Positions 10,203 through 20,840 of a stretch of 58,690 nt of DNA are shown piece by piece. The translations under genes were made by a program, and so were the position numbers. Under the pieces are notes generated by a model that saw only the letters and a program-made list of their open reading frames with translations, made no database searches and was not told the DNA's origin. Each line of letters starts with the position of its first letter. Position 1 is the stretch's first letter. Source of the DNA: Labilibaculum sp. (GTDB lineage: Bacteria > Bacteroidota > Bacteroidia > Bacteroidales > Marinifilaceae); assembly GCA_032125735.1 (NCBI GenBank), contig JAQBBZ010000051.1, positions 1-58,690 on the forward strand. The letters are read 5' to 3'.

Positions 10203-10416
10203 GAAATATTTTTAATTCTTAATTTGAGTTAACAGGGGGAGAGAAATGACTTCTGTATTATTCAATCTCGAAAATTATTTGCACATCCGTAAGGTTTTTT
10301 ATTAGGATCGCTTGAGTGTTTGATGCGCTTAGATTTATCACACATTGTATTTGACTATAATGAGGGAACCCTTCCTCGAACTCACTATTCGGATTTGTTC
10401 TTCAAGGCAAGCTTAT

Positions 10417-10424
10417 TATATTTG
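10417..10424 (+). promoter_or_regulatory. Sigma-A -7 box of the uracil permease gene
   Basis: TATATTTG about 30 nt upstream of ATG 10456. Confidence 0.6.
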
Positions 10425-10455
10425 CGACAATTTGTAAAAAATCTAAACCTATTTT

Positions 10456-11688
10456 ATGATCCTATCTCAAGAAACCAGCGTACCGAACTTTGATAACCCC
10501 GCGAAAAGAATTATTATCGGGATTCAGTTCTTATTTGTTGCTTTTGGAGCAACAGTGCTCGTCCCTTTATTAGTCGGTATTGACCCATCAGTCGCATTAT
10601 TTACAGCAGGAATCGGAACCTTGATTTTTCATTTAATCACAAAAGGTAAAGTTCCTGTTTTTTTAGGCAGTAGTTTTGCATTTATTGCCCCAATTGTAGC
10701 TGCTACAGAATTGTATGGCTTGCCAGGAGCGCTTTCAGGCCTAATTGCAGTAGGTTTAGTTTATGGTGTTGTTTCGGCTGTAATTAAAGTATGGGGCTTA
10801 CGTGTTATCGAGAAAGTTTTCCCTGCTATTGTAGTTGGGCCGGTAATCATGATCATTGGACTTTCGTTGGCTCCGGTAGCTGTGAATATGGCGAAAACAA
10901 ACTGGATTATTTCCTCCGCGGCTTTATTAACGGCTGTTGTTATCGTTGTTTATAGCAAAGGGATGATTAAGCTGATTCCTATTTTTGTGGGAATTATTGT
11001 AGGTTATGTCCTTTCTGTAGTACTGGGGAAAGTTGATTTTACCCCAATTCAAGATGCAGCATGGTTTGCATTGCCAGATTTTGTTCGTCCGGAATTAAAC
11101 TGGGGTGCTGTATTATATATGCTTCCTGTTGCATTTGCACCAATTATTGAACACGTAGGTGATATGTATGCTATTGGAGGAGTGGCAGGTAAGAAATTTG
11201 TTAAAGATCCAGGATTGCATAGAACACTTCTTGGTGATGGTATTGCAACAGCTTTCGCTGGATTTTTTGGAGGACCGCCTAATACAACTTATTCTGAAGT
11301 AACTGGTGCTATCGCATTAACAAAAGTGACTGATCCTAGAGTATTGAGAATTGCAGCAATTACTGCAGTTGTATTTTCTTTGATCGGAAAGGTTAGTGCA
11401 TTCCTAAAAACAATTCCACAGGCAGTATTGGGTGGTATTATGCTGTTGTTATTTGGTATGATTGCCAGTATTGGAATTAAAACATTAATTGATGCCAAGA
11501 CAGATTTCACCAAAACTAGAAATCAGGTGATTATTTCTATTGTATTAACAGTAGGAATTGGTGGAGCACAAATTTCATACGGAACTTTCTCTTTGGCAGG
11601 AATTGGTCTTGCTTCTTTGGTTGGTGTTATTTTGAATTTGATTTTACCAGATACTTCCAGACCCATAAAAGGGAGTAAGGTGAAGTAA
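10456..11688 (+). CDS. uraA: Uracil/xanthine permease (NCS2, UraA-like)
   Basis: QFLFVAFGATVLVP, GSSFAF, EHVGD and PNTTYSE motifs; multi-TM. Confidence 0.88.
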   Translation: MILSQETSVPNFDNPAKRIIIGIQFLFVAFGATVLVPLLVGIDPSVALFTAGIGTLIFHLITKGKVPVFLGSSFAFIAPIVAATELYGLPGALSGLIAVGLVYGVVSAVIKVWGLRVIEKVFPAIVVGPVIMIIGLSLAPVAVNMAKTNWIISSAALLTAVVIVVYSKGMIKLIPIFVGIIVGYVLSVVLGKVDFTPIQDAAWFALPDFVRPELNWGAVLYMLPVAFAPIIEHVGDMYAIGGVAGKKFVKDPGLHRTLLGDGIATAFAGFFGGPPNTTYSEVTGAIALTKVTDPRVLRIAAITAVVFSLIGKVSAFLKTIPQAVLGGIMLLLFGMIASIGIKTLIDAKTDFTKTRNQVIISIVLTVGIGGAQISYGTFSLAGIGLASLVGVILNLILPDTSRPIKGSKVK

Positions 11689-11719
11689 TGTTGAATATTC
11701 AACTCACATAGATATAAAC

Positions 11720-11745
11720 AAAAAGCCCCAAATTGGGGCTTTTTT
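11720..11745. terminator. Bidirectional intrinsic terminator
   Basis: AAAAAGCCCCAA-A-TTGGGGCTTTTT between convergent genes. Confidence 0.85.
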
Positions 11746-11793
11746 GCTTACTATTACTAACTAACTAACTAATGCACCAAGAAACTGATTGGT

Positions 11794-12669
11794 TTATTTT
11801 TTTTCTCTGAAAGAATACCTTCCAAATTCGAAATTTGTAGTCTCGTTATTACGGATGTAAAATCCCTTATTGTCACACATTCCATCGCCAAAATTATAAA
11901 GTGCAATTTCATCTTCAACTTGAAATTCCGTTTCCCCGGATAAAATGAACTCGCATGAGCGACTTATTAACAATGCTGTTGATATCTTTGAAGTGTATTC
12001 TCTATTTTCAGAATTGATTCCATAACATTCCCCGGAAATTAAAAATTGATCATCCCAAGGGTTTTCGGGTGTAGAAAATCCTTCTACCCAGTCTTTGGTT
12101 TTTGTACCTGAAATGCTGTATTGTAATCCATTTGCAGAAGTGAAAACAATACTGTCGTATGAAATGGTAAAGCTTAGCTGATCAAATTCGTTGAAGCCAT
12201 TCGAAATAATTTCAATACTACCTTCTATCTTCATATCATTAATACAAAAATCCTGAAATTGAATAAATTGACGAGCCTGACTCGTTGTAAACCTCCCTGA
12301 AATTTCGTTGTGAATTTGTCCGCGTTTTAATCTGCCTAAATGATCGGTATGATTGCTCGATCCATAATCGATACTTATGGTTTTTGTGGAAGTTTGAGAA
12401 TCTTCGTTATCAGCTACTGAAATGGCTGGAATTGAATCTCGTTTTGTGATGTCCTTTGTGTTTGTTCCATAATCGGCAGCGATCACATTTTTTTCAACCT
12501 CGCAAAGCAGGTCTTCTAAAATGCAATTCACCATGGCATTTTCTTCAATATTCACCGCATTGGTAATTTGAATTTCCATATTCATTTCATCCTCTGACGT
12601 TGCACATGACAGTGTTCCTAGTAAAATAAGAAATCCCCAACCTATTAATCTCTTCGTCCTCATATCCAT
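11794..12669 (-). CDS. Hypothetical lipoprotein
   Basis: Signal peptide with lipobox TLSC. Motifs IDYG, R.GQI, DD.F.ISG and C-terminal FGDG.CDN. Confidence 0.8.
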   Translation of the reverse strand: MDMRTKRLIGWGFLILLGTLSCATSEDEMNMEIQITNAVNIEENAMVNCILEDLLCEVEKNVIAADYGTNTKDITKRDSIPAISVADNEDSQTSTKTISIDYGSSNHTDHLGRLKRGQIHNEISGRFTTSQARQFIQFQDFCINDMKIEGSIEIISNGFNEFDQLSFTISYDSIVFTSANGLQYSISGTKTKDWVEGFSTPENPWDDQFLISGECYGINSENREYTSKISTALLISRSCEFILSGETEFQVEDEIALYNFGDGMCDNKGFYIRNNETTNFEFGRYSFREKK

Positions 12670-12816
12670 CTCCTTATTTATTTCAACCTATATTCTTAAA
12701 CGAATAAAAACAAATAAAGTTTGGATGAAGTGATTTTTGGTGGTGATTAAAAGCTTTAAATTGATGATTAAATGACATGTGCGATTTCTACTCTTTGAGG
12801 CCGAGATGTGAACGGC

Positions 12817-12849
12817 AAAAAAAAATCCCTCATACATTGTATGAGGGAT
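12817..12849 (-). terminator. Intrinsic terminator after the NCS2 permease
   Basis: ATCCCTCATACA-T-TGTATGAGGGAT with a T-run on the minus strand. Confidence 0.8.
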
Positions 12850-12874
12850 GGGGAATATTTTGTGAATAGCTTAT

Positions 12875-14197
12875 TTACTCGCCGATATTGTAAACGTACT
12901 TTAATACAAATATAAAGGCAATGCAAACCATCGCAACATTTAGTTCTTTGTAACGACCTGTTAGCACTTTTAAGATAACGTAAGAAAGCATACCGAATGC
13001 AATACCTTCCGCGATGCTGTATGTAAGAGGCATCATGATCATGGTAAGGAAAGCTGGAATGAATTCTGAGTAATCATCAAAGTCAATCTTGGTGATTGGA
13101 CTCATCATGAAAATACCGATGATTACAAGAACTGATGAACTTGCAGCAGCAGGAATCATGGTGAAAAGTGGTGTGAAGAATAAGGCTAGGAAGAACATGA
13201 ATGCTACAACCAAAGAGGTCATACCTGTTTTTCCACCTTCAGCTACACCAGCAGCACTTTCAACGTAAGTTGTCACTGTTGATGTTCCTAAAACCGCACC
13301 TACTGTTGTACCTATGGCATCAGCAAAAAGAGCTTGTTTAACGCGAGGCACTCTTCCTTCTGCATCCAAAAGGTTAGCTTTCGAAGATACACCTACAAGA
13401 GTTCCTACAGTGTCGAACATATCAACAAATAGGAAAACGAATAGAATAGAAACAAACTGCCAGGAAAGAATTTCTTCGAATCCAACAAATTTGAAAAAGA
13501 TAGGTTCTAATGATGGAGGTAGACTTACAAGACCACCTTCTTTAGGAAGATTTGTAATATCTATTCCAGGAATCAATCCAACAACAGTAACAGCAAGAAG
13601 ACCAATTAAAATTGCACCTTTTACATTGCGTATTAAAAGAACACCAATGATGATGATCCCTAAAATACAAAGCAATGCTCCTGGAGAATGAAGATTACCC
13701 AAGTGAACTGGAATTCCTTGTCCTGGAACAATGATTGCAACATCTCTGTGCGCTAATCCGATAAAAGCAATAAACAAACCAATACCTACAGATATAGCGT
13801 GCTTAATATTGGTTGGAATTGAATTGATAATGGCTTCGCGTACATTAAAGAAAGTAAGCAAAAGGAAAATGAGACCTTCAGCAAATACAGCTGTAAGAGC
13901 CAATTGCCAGCTACATCCCATTACACCGCAAACGGTAAATGCGAAAAATGCATTTAGTCCCATTCCTGGAGCCAAAGCAAATGGAAGCTTAGCAACCAAG
14001 GCCATAACTAGGGTTGCAATAACTGCTGATAATGCAGTTGCTGTCATAACGGCACCATAATCCATTCCTGCAACAGATAGAAAATATGGGTTTACAGCAA
14101 GAATATATGCCATTGTAGCAAATGTGGTTAAACCTGCGACAATCTCTGTCTTCATGTTTGAACCTTGCCCTGTGATATTAAAAAACTTATCTAACAT
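12875..14197 (-). CDS. NCS2 family purine permease (AzgA/PbuG-like)
   Basis: MAYILAVNP, APGMGLNAFF, DMFDTVGT and TTYVESAAGV motifs. Confidence 0.92.
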   Translation of the reverse strand: MLDKFFNITGQGSNMKTEIVAGLTTFATMAYILAVNPYFLSVAGMDYGAVMTATALSAVIATLVMALVAKLPFALAPGMGLNAFFAFTVCGVMGCSWQLALTAVFAEGLIFLLLTFFNVREAIINSIPTNIKHAISVGIGLFIAFIGLAHRDVAIIVPGQGIPVHLGNLHSPGALLCILGIIIIGVLLIRNVKGAILIGLLAVTVVGLIPGIDITNLPKEGGLVSLPPSLEPIFFKFVGFEEILSWQFVSILFVFLFVDMFDTVGTLVGVSSKANLLDAEGRVPRVKQALFADAIGTTVGAVLGTSTVTTYVESAAGVAEGGKTGMTSLVVAFMFFLALFFTPLFTMIPAAASSSVLVIIGIFMMSPITKIDFDDYSEFIPAFLTMIMMPLTYSIAEGIAFGMLSYVILKVLTGRYKELNVAMVCIAFIFVLKYVYNIGE

Positions 14198-14224
14198 GAT
14201 TGTTTGATTTTAATTCGGTTTGAA

Positions 14225-14878
14225 TTAGAAATTCCATTTTAATGCAAGGGTAGGACGAACTTTAAAGTCGTCACCAGCAAAATTGTTTGAGATCTCTACC
14301 TCGCTACCGATTGATAGGTTTTCTGTTGCGTTGTACCAGATTTGAGGCTCTGTTAAGAATACAGTGTTATCAGATAAACCATTTTCTGTCCAAAGATCAG
14401 CAAATCCTGAGAAAGTCATTTTACCTTCTAAGAAGTTTACATACCAAGTTCCAGTGATTTGGAAGTTTGCTTCACCTGCATCTTTAATTGCTTTGTAACC
14501 TGCATAAGTTGAGAAACCAGATTTTGCACCACCTTTAGCATAGTTTAAACCAAAAATCCAAGCATTGTTAATTGTGTAACCAAAATCTCCAAATGGAGTT
14601 TCTGCATTTCCAACACCACCGTTATATTCAACGTGAATACCGAAAGGCATTTTTTCCGTCTTCAATACACGGGCAATCTCGAAATAACCTTGGTTAATTC
14701 CATTTTCTGCATCGTAATCAAAATCTACGAAAGTAAAAGTGTTACCCCATTTGTCCATTTTAAACATTTCGAAAGTAGAAGTAAATTGATCTCTGTCGAA
14801 ATCGCGGTGCAACTGAAAATTTTGCGCATTCACTGCGAAAGAAGTTAGAATAGCGAAGATTACAAGTAATTTTTTCAT
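14225..14878 (-). CDS. DUF5020-like outer-membrane beta-barrel (Tsx-like nucleoside channel candidate)
   Basis: Signal peptide, QNFQLHRDF, DKWGNTFTFVDFDY, EPQIWYN and a terminal aromatic (KWNF). Confidence 0.8.
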   Translation of the reverse strand: MKKLLVIFAILTSFAVNAQNFQLHRDFDRDQFTSTFEMFKMDKWGNTFTFVDFDYDAENGINQGYFEIARVLKTEKMPFGIHVEYNGGVGNAETPFGDFGYTINNAWIFGLNYAKGGAKSGFSTYAGYKAIKDAGEANFQITGTWYVNFLEGKMTFSGFADLWTENGLSDNTVFLTEPQIWYNATENLSIGSEVEISNNFAGDDFKVRPTLALKWNF

Positions 14879-14934
14879 TTTAAAATGATTGTTTAGTTTT
14901 AAAAATAGTAGTTGCTAAAAATAAAAATGGTTGT

Positions 14935-15573
14935 TTAATTCTTTAAAATATCGTTAAGATGATTGACCACAATGGGGCAACCTGTCTGTTTTAATTTTGT
15001 AATGGATTGATGTCCTGCTGCAATTAATATGCAATTGCAGCCTAATTCCTGAGCAACTTCGTAATCGTGAGTTGTGTCACCTAAAAGGCAAATATCTTTC
15101 GGACTTAGTTGATGATTTTTGATCATTTTTATTCCATTCTCAATTTTCGAACTGGCATAAATATTATCAATCCCGGAAATCTCAGAGAAAAAATTGCCAA
15201 TATCTTCGGTTTTAACCGAATTGTTCAGCATATTTTGCTCCATCGCCGATAAGATAAATTGTTGTTTACCTAAAGATGAAAAGTGAGAGAGAAGCTGTAT
15301 TGCTTCAGGAAATATATTTGATTTTGGTAATAGTGATGTGTACAGAGAAATAAATTCTTTTGCGACCACAACCCAATCTTCTTTTTCAAAATCGAAGCCA
15401 ACAGATTCGTAATAGTTCTTTACCGGGAAAGTGAAAACCTCTCTGTAGCTTTCTGCGCTTAGTAATGGAAGTTTTCTTTTTGATAGCATTTCATTAATGC
15501 TCTGAAGACCAATAGATAAATCATCCAAAAGAGTTCCGTTGTAATCCCAAATTATAGCTTTACTGTCTATCAT
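14935..15573 (-). CDS. HAD family phosphatase
   Basis: WDYNGTL motif I and GDTTHD motif IV. The start overlaps the ybaK stop (ATGA). Confidence 0.88.
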   Translation of the reverse strand: MIDSKAIIWDYNGTLLDDLSIGLQSINEMLSKRKLPLLSAESYREVFTFPVKNYYESVGFDFEKEDWVVVAKEFISLYTSLLPKSNIFPEAIQLLSHFSSLGKQQFILSAMEQNMLNNSVKTEDIGNFFSEISGIDNIYASSKIENGIKMIKNHQLSPKDICLLGDTTHDYEVAQELGCNCILIAAGHQSITKLKQTGCPIVVNHLNDILKN

Positions 15574-16058
15574 GCTGTTTGGGATTTAAGGGTAGATATT
15601 ATTCCAGTTGTTGCACCAGATACTTTTAGTAAATCTTGAGGATTTAGCTTTAGTTGCTTACCTCTGATGCCGGCACTAATTAAGATGTGTTCAAGATCAA
15701 ATGCACTTATATCCATAAAGATAGGGTAATCTTTTTTCATTCCCAACGGAGAACAACCACCACGAATGTAGCCAGTAAGTTCCTGAATGTTTTTCATGGG
15801 AACCATAGCACATTTTTTATTGCCACTAAGAGTTGCGAATGCTTTAAGATCTAGTTCGGAGGCTCCGGGAATACAAGCGACAATTGTGCCTGTTTTATCT
15901 CCGGTAAGAACAAGAGTTTTGAAGATGAACTGAATATGTTGACCTGTTTTTTCGGCTACGCGTTCTGCACCCAATTCTATTGGATCCACATCGTAATCGA
16001 TTATTTCATATTCAATTTTTGCCCGATCTAGAATGCGGGCTGCATTTGTCTTCTTCAT
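15570..16058 (-). CDS. ybaK: Cys-tRNA(Pro) deacylase
   Basis: KTNAAR, IFKTL, TGYIRGGCSPLG and SAGIRG motifs. Confidence 0.93.
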   Translation of the reverse strand: MKKTNAARILDRAKIEYEIIDYDVDPIELGAERVAEKTGQHIQFIFKTLVLTGDKTGTIVACIPGASELDLKAFATLSGNKKCAMVPMKNIQELTGYIRGGCSPLGMKKDYPIFMDISAFDLEHILISAGIRGKQLKLNPQDLLKVSGATTGIISTLKSQTA

Positions 16059-16422
16059 CCTTTTGTTTTTTGGCCAGTTAAAAAAACAATTGCTTTTTTA
16101 CCGGAAACTACCAGTTTCCCAGATGATACTTTTGTAATACGGCGCAAAAATAGTAAAATTTTTAAATTTCAAAGTTTAAAACTCTGTTGTCTGGTTTTAA
16201 AAAACTGATATATGTCAGGAACAAAGGTTTGCGGAAGGAATCAAAACTGTTGTTTTAATTCAGTAAGAATTAAAATTAGATGTGAAAATGAAAGAGAATC
16301 ATATGGTTGAGGTGTTTTGTTACAAAATGATGACAATTTTCACCTTAGCGAAAAAGCAAGGTGAAGGTAGTATCCTTATTTTGTTTTATCTTTAAAAGAT
16401 TGAAATCCAAAACTCAAATATT

Positions 16423-17316
16423 GTGAAAGTAATCGAATCGCATGTTGTTCCAGAAAACATAGGAGAGATTCGTCTACAGGATTATGCTCCTACAATTTTT
16501 ATTTCTATTTCGTCTCAACAAGGAATGAAGAAGGCCATTAAGAAGAAAATGGTTCTTGTTGATGGTGTTGTGGCTTCTACTGGATTGTGGGTGGAGCAAG
16601 GACAGCGAATTGAATTGTGCGATTTAGAGTTGCCTCCTGCAAAAGTGTATAAATTGCGATTCAAAGTTGTTTATGAGGACGAACATATTGCCGTAATCAA
16701 CAAGCCGGCAGGAATTTCGGTAAGTGGAAATTTGTTTCGAACCGTACAGAATGCTTTGCCTTTTAATCTGAAAATATCATCATGTAACGATGCATTGCCG
16801 GTTTTTAGGCCGGTTCATCGTTTGGATAATCCTACTTGCGGATTGTTGTTGATTGCTAAAACATCTCAGGCAATTGGCGCTTTGGGAGCACAGTTTCAGA
16901 ATAGAACTATTACTAAGCGCTACACGGGAGTGGTTATTGGCAGTTTGCCTGATAAAGGAAAAATTGATATGCCTGTTGATGGAAAGGAGGCTGTGAGTTC
17001 ATTCAAGGTAATTCGTCGAAATAATTCAATTCGGAATCAAAGCTTAAGTATGGTTCATTTGTTTCCCAAAACGGGAAGAACTCATCAGCTAAGAATTCAT
17101 ATGGCAGGAATGGGAACTCCAATTCTTGGAGATAAATTGTATGGAAGTGAAGGCGAGATTTTGCAGAAGAAAGGATTGTTTTTAAGTGCAACCGGACTGC
17201 AGTTTACTCATCCATTTACAAATGAGATGATGGATCTATCGATAGATCCACCGTATAAATTCGGACGTTTTATGCAAATGGAAGAAATGCGTTGGGAGAA
17301 ATACAAAGAAGAATAG
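16423..17316 (+). CDS. RluA family pseudouridine synthase
   Basis: INKPAG, VHRLD, TGRTHQLRIH and ILGDKLYG motifs. Confidence 0.93.
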   Translation: MKVIESHVVPENIGEIRLQDYAPTIFISISSQQGMKKAIKKKMVLVDGVVASTGLWVEQGQRIELCDLELPPAKVYKLRFKVVYEDEHIAVINKPAGISVSGNLFRTVQNALPFNLKISSCNDALPVFRPVHRLDNPTCGLLLIAKTSQAIGALGAQFQNRTITKRYTGVVIGSLPDKGKIDMPVDGKEAVSSFKVIRRNNSIRNQSLSMVHLFPKTGRTHQLRIHMAGMGTPILGDKLYGSEGEILQKKGLFLSATGLQFTHPFTNEMMDLSIDPPYKFGRFMQMEEMRWEKYKEE

Positions 17317-17328
17317 AATCTTATATAA

Positions 17329-17802
17329 TTACTCGTAGAATGCTTCTATTCCAGGATACCCAAACTTTTTCTTAGCCATTTCGGTTGGGAATACCATGTA
17401 TTGCACCTCGGCTTCGGAACAAATGTTCCCGTTTTCATCCAAAATTTCAGCATAAATATTGGCAAATTTCTTTTCTTGAGAAATTAAGCGAGCTCGTACT
17501 GTTAGTAATCCTTTATCTGTAAAAGCAGAAGCTCTGAATTTTGCATTCAAGCCAGTAGTTACTCCACTTGTTTGACATTTAATAAATACTACCCAGCAGG
17601 CAATCTCATCGAGAATAGTGGTTTGAATACCTCCGTGTAACACATTTTTGAAACCAGCGAAATGAGCTTTCGGATCCCAGTTTGAGATGATGAAATCACC
17701 ATCTTCCATGAATTCCATTTGCAGACCTTGTTCATTCTTTGGAGAGCAACCGAAGCAGTTTCCGTTTTCGGTTTCGAGATAGGGATTGATTATTTTTTTC
17801 AT
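17329..17802 (-). CDS. PaaI/hotdog-fold thioesterase
   Basis: CFGC and LHGGIQTTILDE motifs. Confidence 0.88.
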   Translation of the reverse strand: MKKIINPYLETENGNCFGCSPKNEQGLQMEFMEDGDFIISNWDPKAHFAGFKNVLHGGIQTTILDEIACWVVFIKCQTSGVTTGLNAKFRASAFTDKGLLTVRARLISQEKKFANIYAEILDENGNICSEAEVQYMVFPTEMAKKKFGYPGIEAFYE

Positions 17803-17866
17803 GTTTTTTTGATTTTCGGACTCGAAAGTAAGAAAGGATTCTTGAATACCGAAATTATCTTAACAT

Positions 17867-19906
17867 TTAAAAATGATATTTGAGCAGTAATTTAATTTCT
17901 GATTTTGTGTTGCCATTGATTTCGGAGTTGCCAGAGCCAATTTTTGATTGGTTGGAATATTTTGTTTGAGCATATTTCACGTATAGCTTGAAATTCCTGT
18001 TTAGTTCCCAGTTACAATTGAAATAAAAACGATTTCCTTTTAGATAGTAAGCAGGCACTGAGTAGGCATAAAGAATGTCATTTTCGTATGCGTAAATTCT
18101 TGAATTAAACGATTCAGTGTCGAATAAGGCGTAACGAAGATTTATGGAAATAGGTTTATTTGTAAAGTGATAGATTAAATCTTGATAGACCAGATAACCA
18201 GTCTCGTTTACATTTTGCTTTTGGAATTGTGCAATTTCAATTCGGTTTCTAATTTCCCAATTCTCATTAATTTTTGCTGATAAATGCAGCCGGTATTGAT
18301 TTTTATTCTGAATTGCAAGACTTTTTATGATGTCGGAGTTATTATTCATCGGTTTGTTTTCCTGTTTGTACCTGAAATAAACCGAAACAGAATTGTTAGG
18401 AGTGAATTCAAGTTGAGAGAAATATTCATGTCCTTCGCTGGGCGAATTGGCTGAATATCTTAACCAAGGGAATTGAAACTGATCGTAATAAGCTTTTACA
18501 GTCCATTTTGGATATGGATGAAATTCCACGCCCATGTAAAAACCTTCTTCGTTTTGAGTTTTGCTTTGTTCTGCAAATGCATTTGAAAAAAGGGCATGAT
18601 AATCGGGATCGTATTTTCGGTAAATCAGTTCAAAATTTAATTGTGGATGAGCTTGTATGTTTGCGCCTTGCAGTATTGCTCTACCACCAGATTTGCTTTG
18701 TGCGATTTCTCCAAATAAGTGTATCGATCGAAATTGACTTTCGTAGTAAAGACTAATATTGCGGTTTTCATTTCCTCTAAAACTGTAGTAATTGTAGGGT
18801 GCATCGGCTCCTTTTATCTCAGGAGAGTATTTAGATTGCAGGAATGATATTCCCATCTCAATTTTATTCAAATTGACCGATAGGTAGGATCCCAACAACA
18901 TTTCTTCCAAATTGTGTTTTTTAGTAAATTCGGAGCTGTTTCGATGAAAACCAGTGTTTACGATGCTTGATATAAAAGGATTAATAGAGTCCGAATCAAG
19001 ACTGCCATCCTTCTTTTTGTAGGAAGTAAATACTGCAAGGTTCATATTTTTAAGAGGTTCGAGCAGTATCGATATTCCACGATGGAATTGATTTTCATCG
19101 GTAGATTTATAGCTTTTTATTCCTTGAGATTTGTTTGCGTTATGAGTTGTTAAGGAGGATTTTCCACCACCCAATCCAGACCACAGACTTAATCCTTGTC
19201 CAAATTTCACCTGATAATCACCCAGGTTTACCTGCTTTAAAATGCCTTTGGAATTGTATTGAATGTAAGCAGAGTAGAAATCGAAGCCATTCTTATTTTC
19301 TCCCTCAAAAAATGGTTCCCCTTTGTCTTTTTCGGAAGTGAAACCAAACGAAATTTTATTTTGAGCTGAAGTATATTGGTAGCGGGTGTAGTATTTCCAT
19401 GGACTCCCAAGATATTTTGAGTTTACGTTCTCTGTAATGTAGCCTTTCTCTTCTTCAATTGTTCTTTCTGATTTTAGGAGCAGAATATGCTTTGCTTTTT
19501 TTCTTGCGTTAAGTGTGTCTTGTGATATTTGTTTTAGGCTAATAAAAGGAGCAATGTTTCTAATAATTTCAGAAGAAAACCCAGGTATTAACTGTAATTC
19601 ATAAAGACTAAATATTTGGCCTGTACTTTCTCGGTATTTTATAAAACTATTGATTTGATTCTTATTGAGAATAAATAGTTTGTCTAGATCACTTTCATTC
19701 GCATTATTTAAATTAATTGGATCAATTAAAAGCTTGTTCAATTCGTCCAATAGATTGGAATAGTCTAATTCTTCATCATTTTGTTCTGCAATTGCTTCAA
19801 TTAAATTTTCAATCAAATCATTTTCTGATGCAGTGTTTTGCGATCTGGATATCAATGCAAAACAAACTAAACTCAAGAGAAGAATGAATTTTTTTGAGTG
19901 ATTCAT
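17867..19906 (-). CDS. Outer-membrane protein with N-terminal ComEA-like helix-hairpin-helix domain
   Basis: Signal peptide; PINLNNA...YR...G...LYELQLIPGF HhH region; EKDKGE, GDYQVKFGQGL and YAYENDILY barrel motifs; terminal F. Confidence 0.85.
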   Translation of the reverse strand: MNHSKKFILLLSLVCFALISRSQNTASENDLIENLIEAIAEQNDEELDYSNLLDELNKLLIDPINLNNANESDLDKLFILNKNQINSFIKYRESTGQIFSLYELQLIPGFSSEIIRNIAPFISLKQISQDTLNARKKAKHILLLKSERTIEEEKGYITENVNSKYLGSPWKYYTRYQYTSAQNKISFGFTSEKDKGEPFFEGENKNGFDFYSAYIQYNSKGILKQVNLGDYQVKFGQGLSLWSGLGGGKSSLTTHNANKSQGIKSYKSTDENQFHRGISILLEPLKNMNLAVFTSYKKKDGSLDSDSINPFISSIVNTGFHRNSSEFTKKHNLEEMLLGSYLSVNLNKIEMGISFLQSKYSPEIKGADAPYNYYSFRGNENRNISLYYESQFRSIHLFGEIAQSKSGGRAILQGANIQAHPQLNFELIYRKYDPDYHALFSNAFAEQSKTQNEEGFYMGVEFHPYPKWTVKAYYDQFQFPWLRYSANSPSEGHEYFSQLEFTPNNSVSVYFRYKQENKPMNNNSDIIKSLAIQNKNQYRLHLSAKINENWEIRNRIEIAQFQKQNVNETGYLVYQDLIYHFTNKPISINLRYALFDTESFNSRIYAYENDILYAYSVPAYYLKGNRFYFNCNWELNRNFKLYVKYAQTKYSNQSKIGSGNSEINGNTKSEIKLLLKYHF

Positions 19907-19915
19907 AAGTGCAAA

Positions 19916-20728
19916 TTAAAATGATATGTTGATATCTGCAGAAGGGGAATATCCCAATACCGGATGTCGGGAAAATGAAATGTTTGATTTAATAATTTTG
20001 TAAGAGAATCCAATTCCCAGACTAATGGAATTGGGATGATTGTGCACACCAGCTCGTAAGGATATTTTTTCAGTTATTTCATATTCAATACCAAATTTGG
20101 TTCTCATGTCTTGATCCAAGTCTTTTTCAATTTCAGATGTAATAATTGTTTGATCTGATAATTTCCACGAAAGTCCAAATCTAGCAATACAAGGAATTTT
20201 ATCTTCGTAATCTAAGGTCGTGAAATTTGTTTGGCTTGGGTTGAAAATATGAAATCCCAAATGGATGTCGGGGAATATTTCCGCAAGAATTCCTGCTTCA
20301 AAAGTGTATTTGCTTTGTGACCCATAGGATTGATTCAATTCTTTTCGGATTTGATCAAATTGCAATCCTGCCCAAAAGTGTTTTCCTAAGGCACGAGAAT
20401 AAGCGACACCAATTTTTGATTCTTTATATAGATTGAAACCAAATTGCTTGTAAGTCATGCTAAAAGTTCCAAGCTTGGTAGGATAGTTTAAATGAAAAGC
20501 TTTGGTGCTTAATTCTTTTGTTTCAAACCGATTTTCGTAGTAGGCACCAAAAGATTTTTTATCCAATTTGGCCAATATTGCCTGGTTGTGGAAGCCTGCC
20601 CAATTATCTAATAATGCAACACTGGAATTCCCCATGGCATGAGATCGAGCACCAGCTAAATGATTTTCATTTGATGCAGCTAAATGAATTGGGAATAAAA
20701 TAAGAACTAGCAGATAAGTTTTTTTCAT
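19916..20728 (-). CDS. Outer-membrane beta-barrel protein (PorV/PorP-like)
   Basis: Signal peptide, GARSHAMG, NQA.L, LRAG, C-terminal HPVLG.S and terminal F. Confidence 0.7.
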   Translation of the reverse strand: MKKTYLLVLILFPIHLAASNENHLAGARSHAMGNSSVALLDNWAGFHNQAILAKLDKKSFGAYYENRFETKELSTKAFHLNYPTKLGTFSMTYKQFGFNLYKESKIGVAYSRALGKHFWAGLQFDQIRKELNQSYGSQSKYTFEAGILAEIFPDIHLGFHIFNPSQTNFTTLDYEDKIPCIARFGLSWKLSDQTIITSEIEKDLDQDMRTKFGIEYEITEKISLRAGVHNHPNSISLGIGFSYKIIKSNISFSRHPVLGYSPSADINISF

Positions 20729-20840
20729 GTGGGTGTTAATGTTTAGGTCACATAGTTAAAATGCATTGGTTGTATGTGTTGATATGTTACAACAATTTCT
20801 ATTAGTAAACAAAACTATTCCAGTGTTAAATGTAATAAAA

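Noticed and set aside
16060-16145. Possible purine riboswitch upstream of the ybaK-to-NCS2 operon
   Set aside because: Only a short GGAAACT/AGTTTCC hairpin is present. The purine-riboswitch core elements are not found in order.
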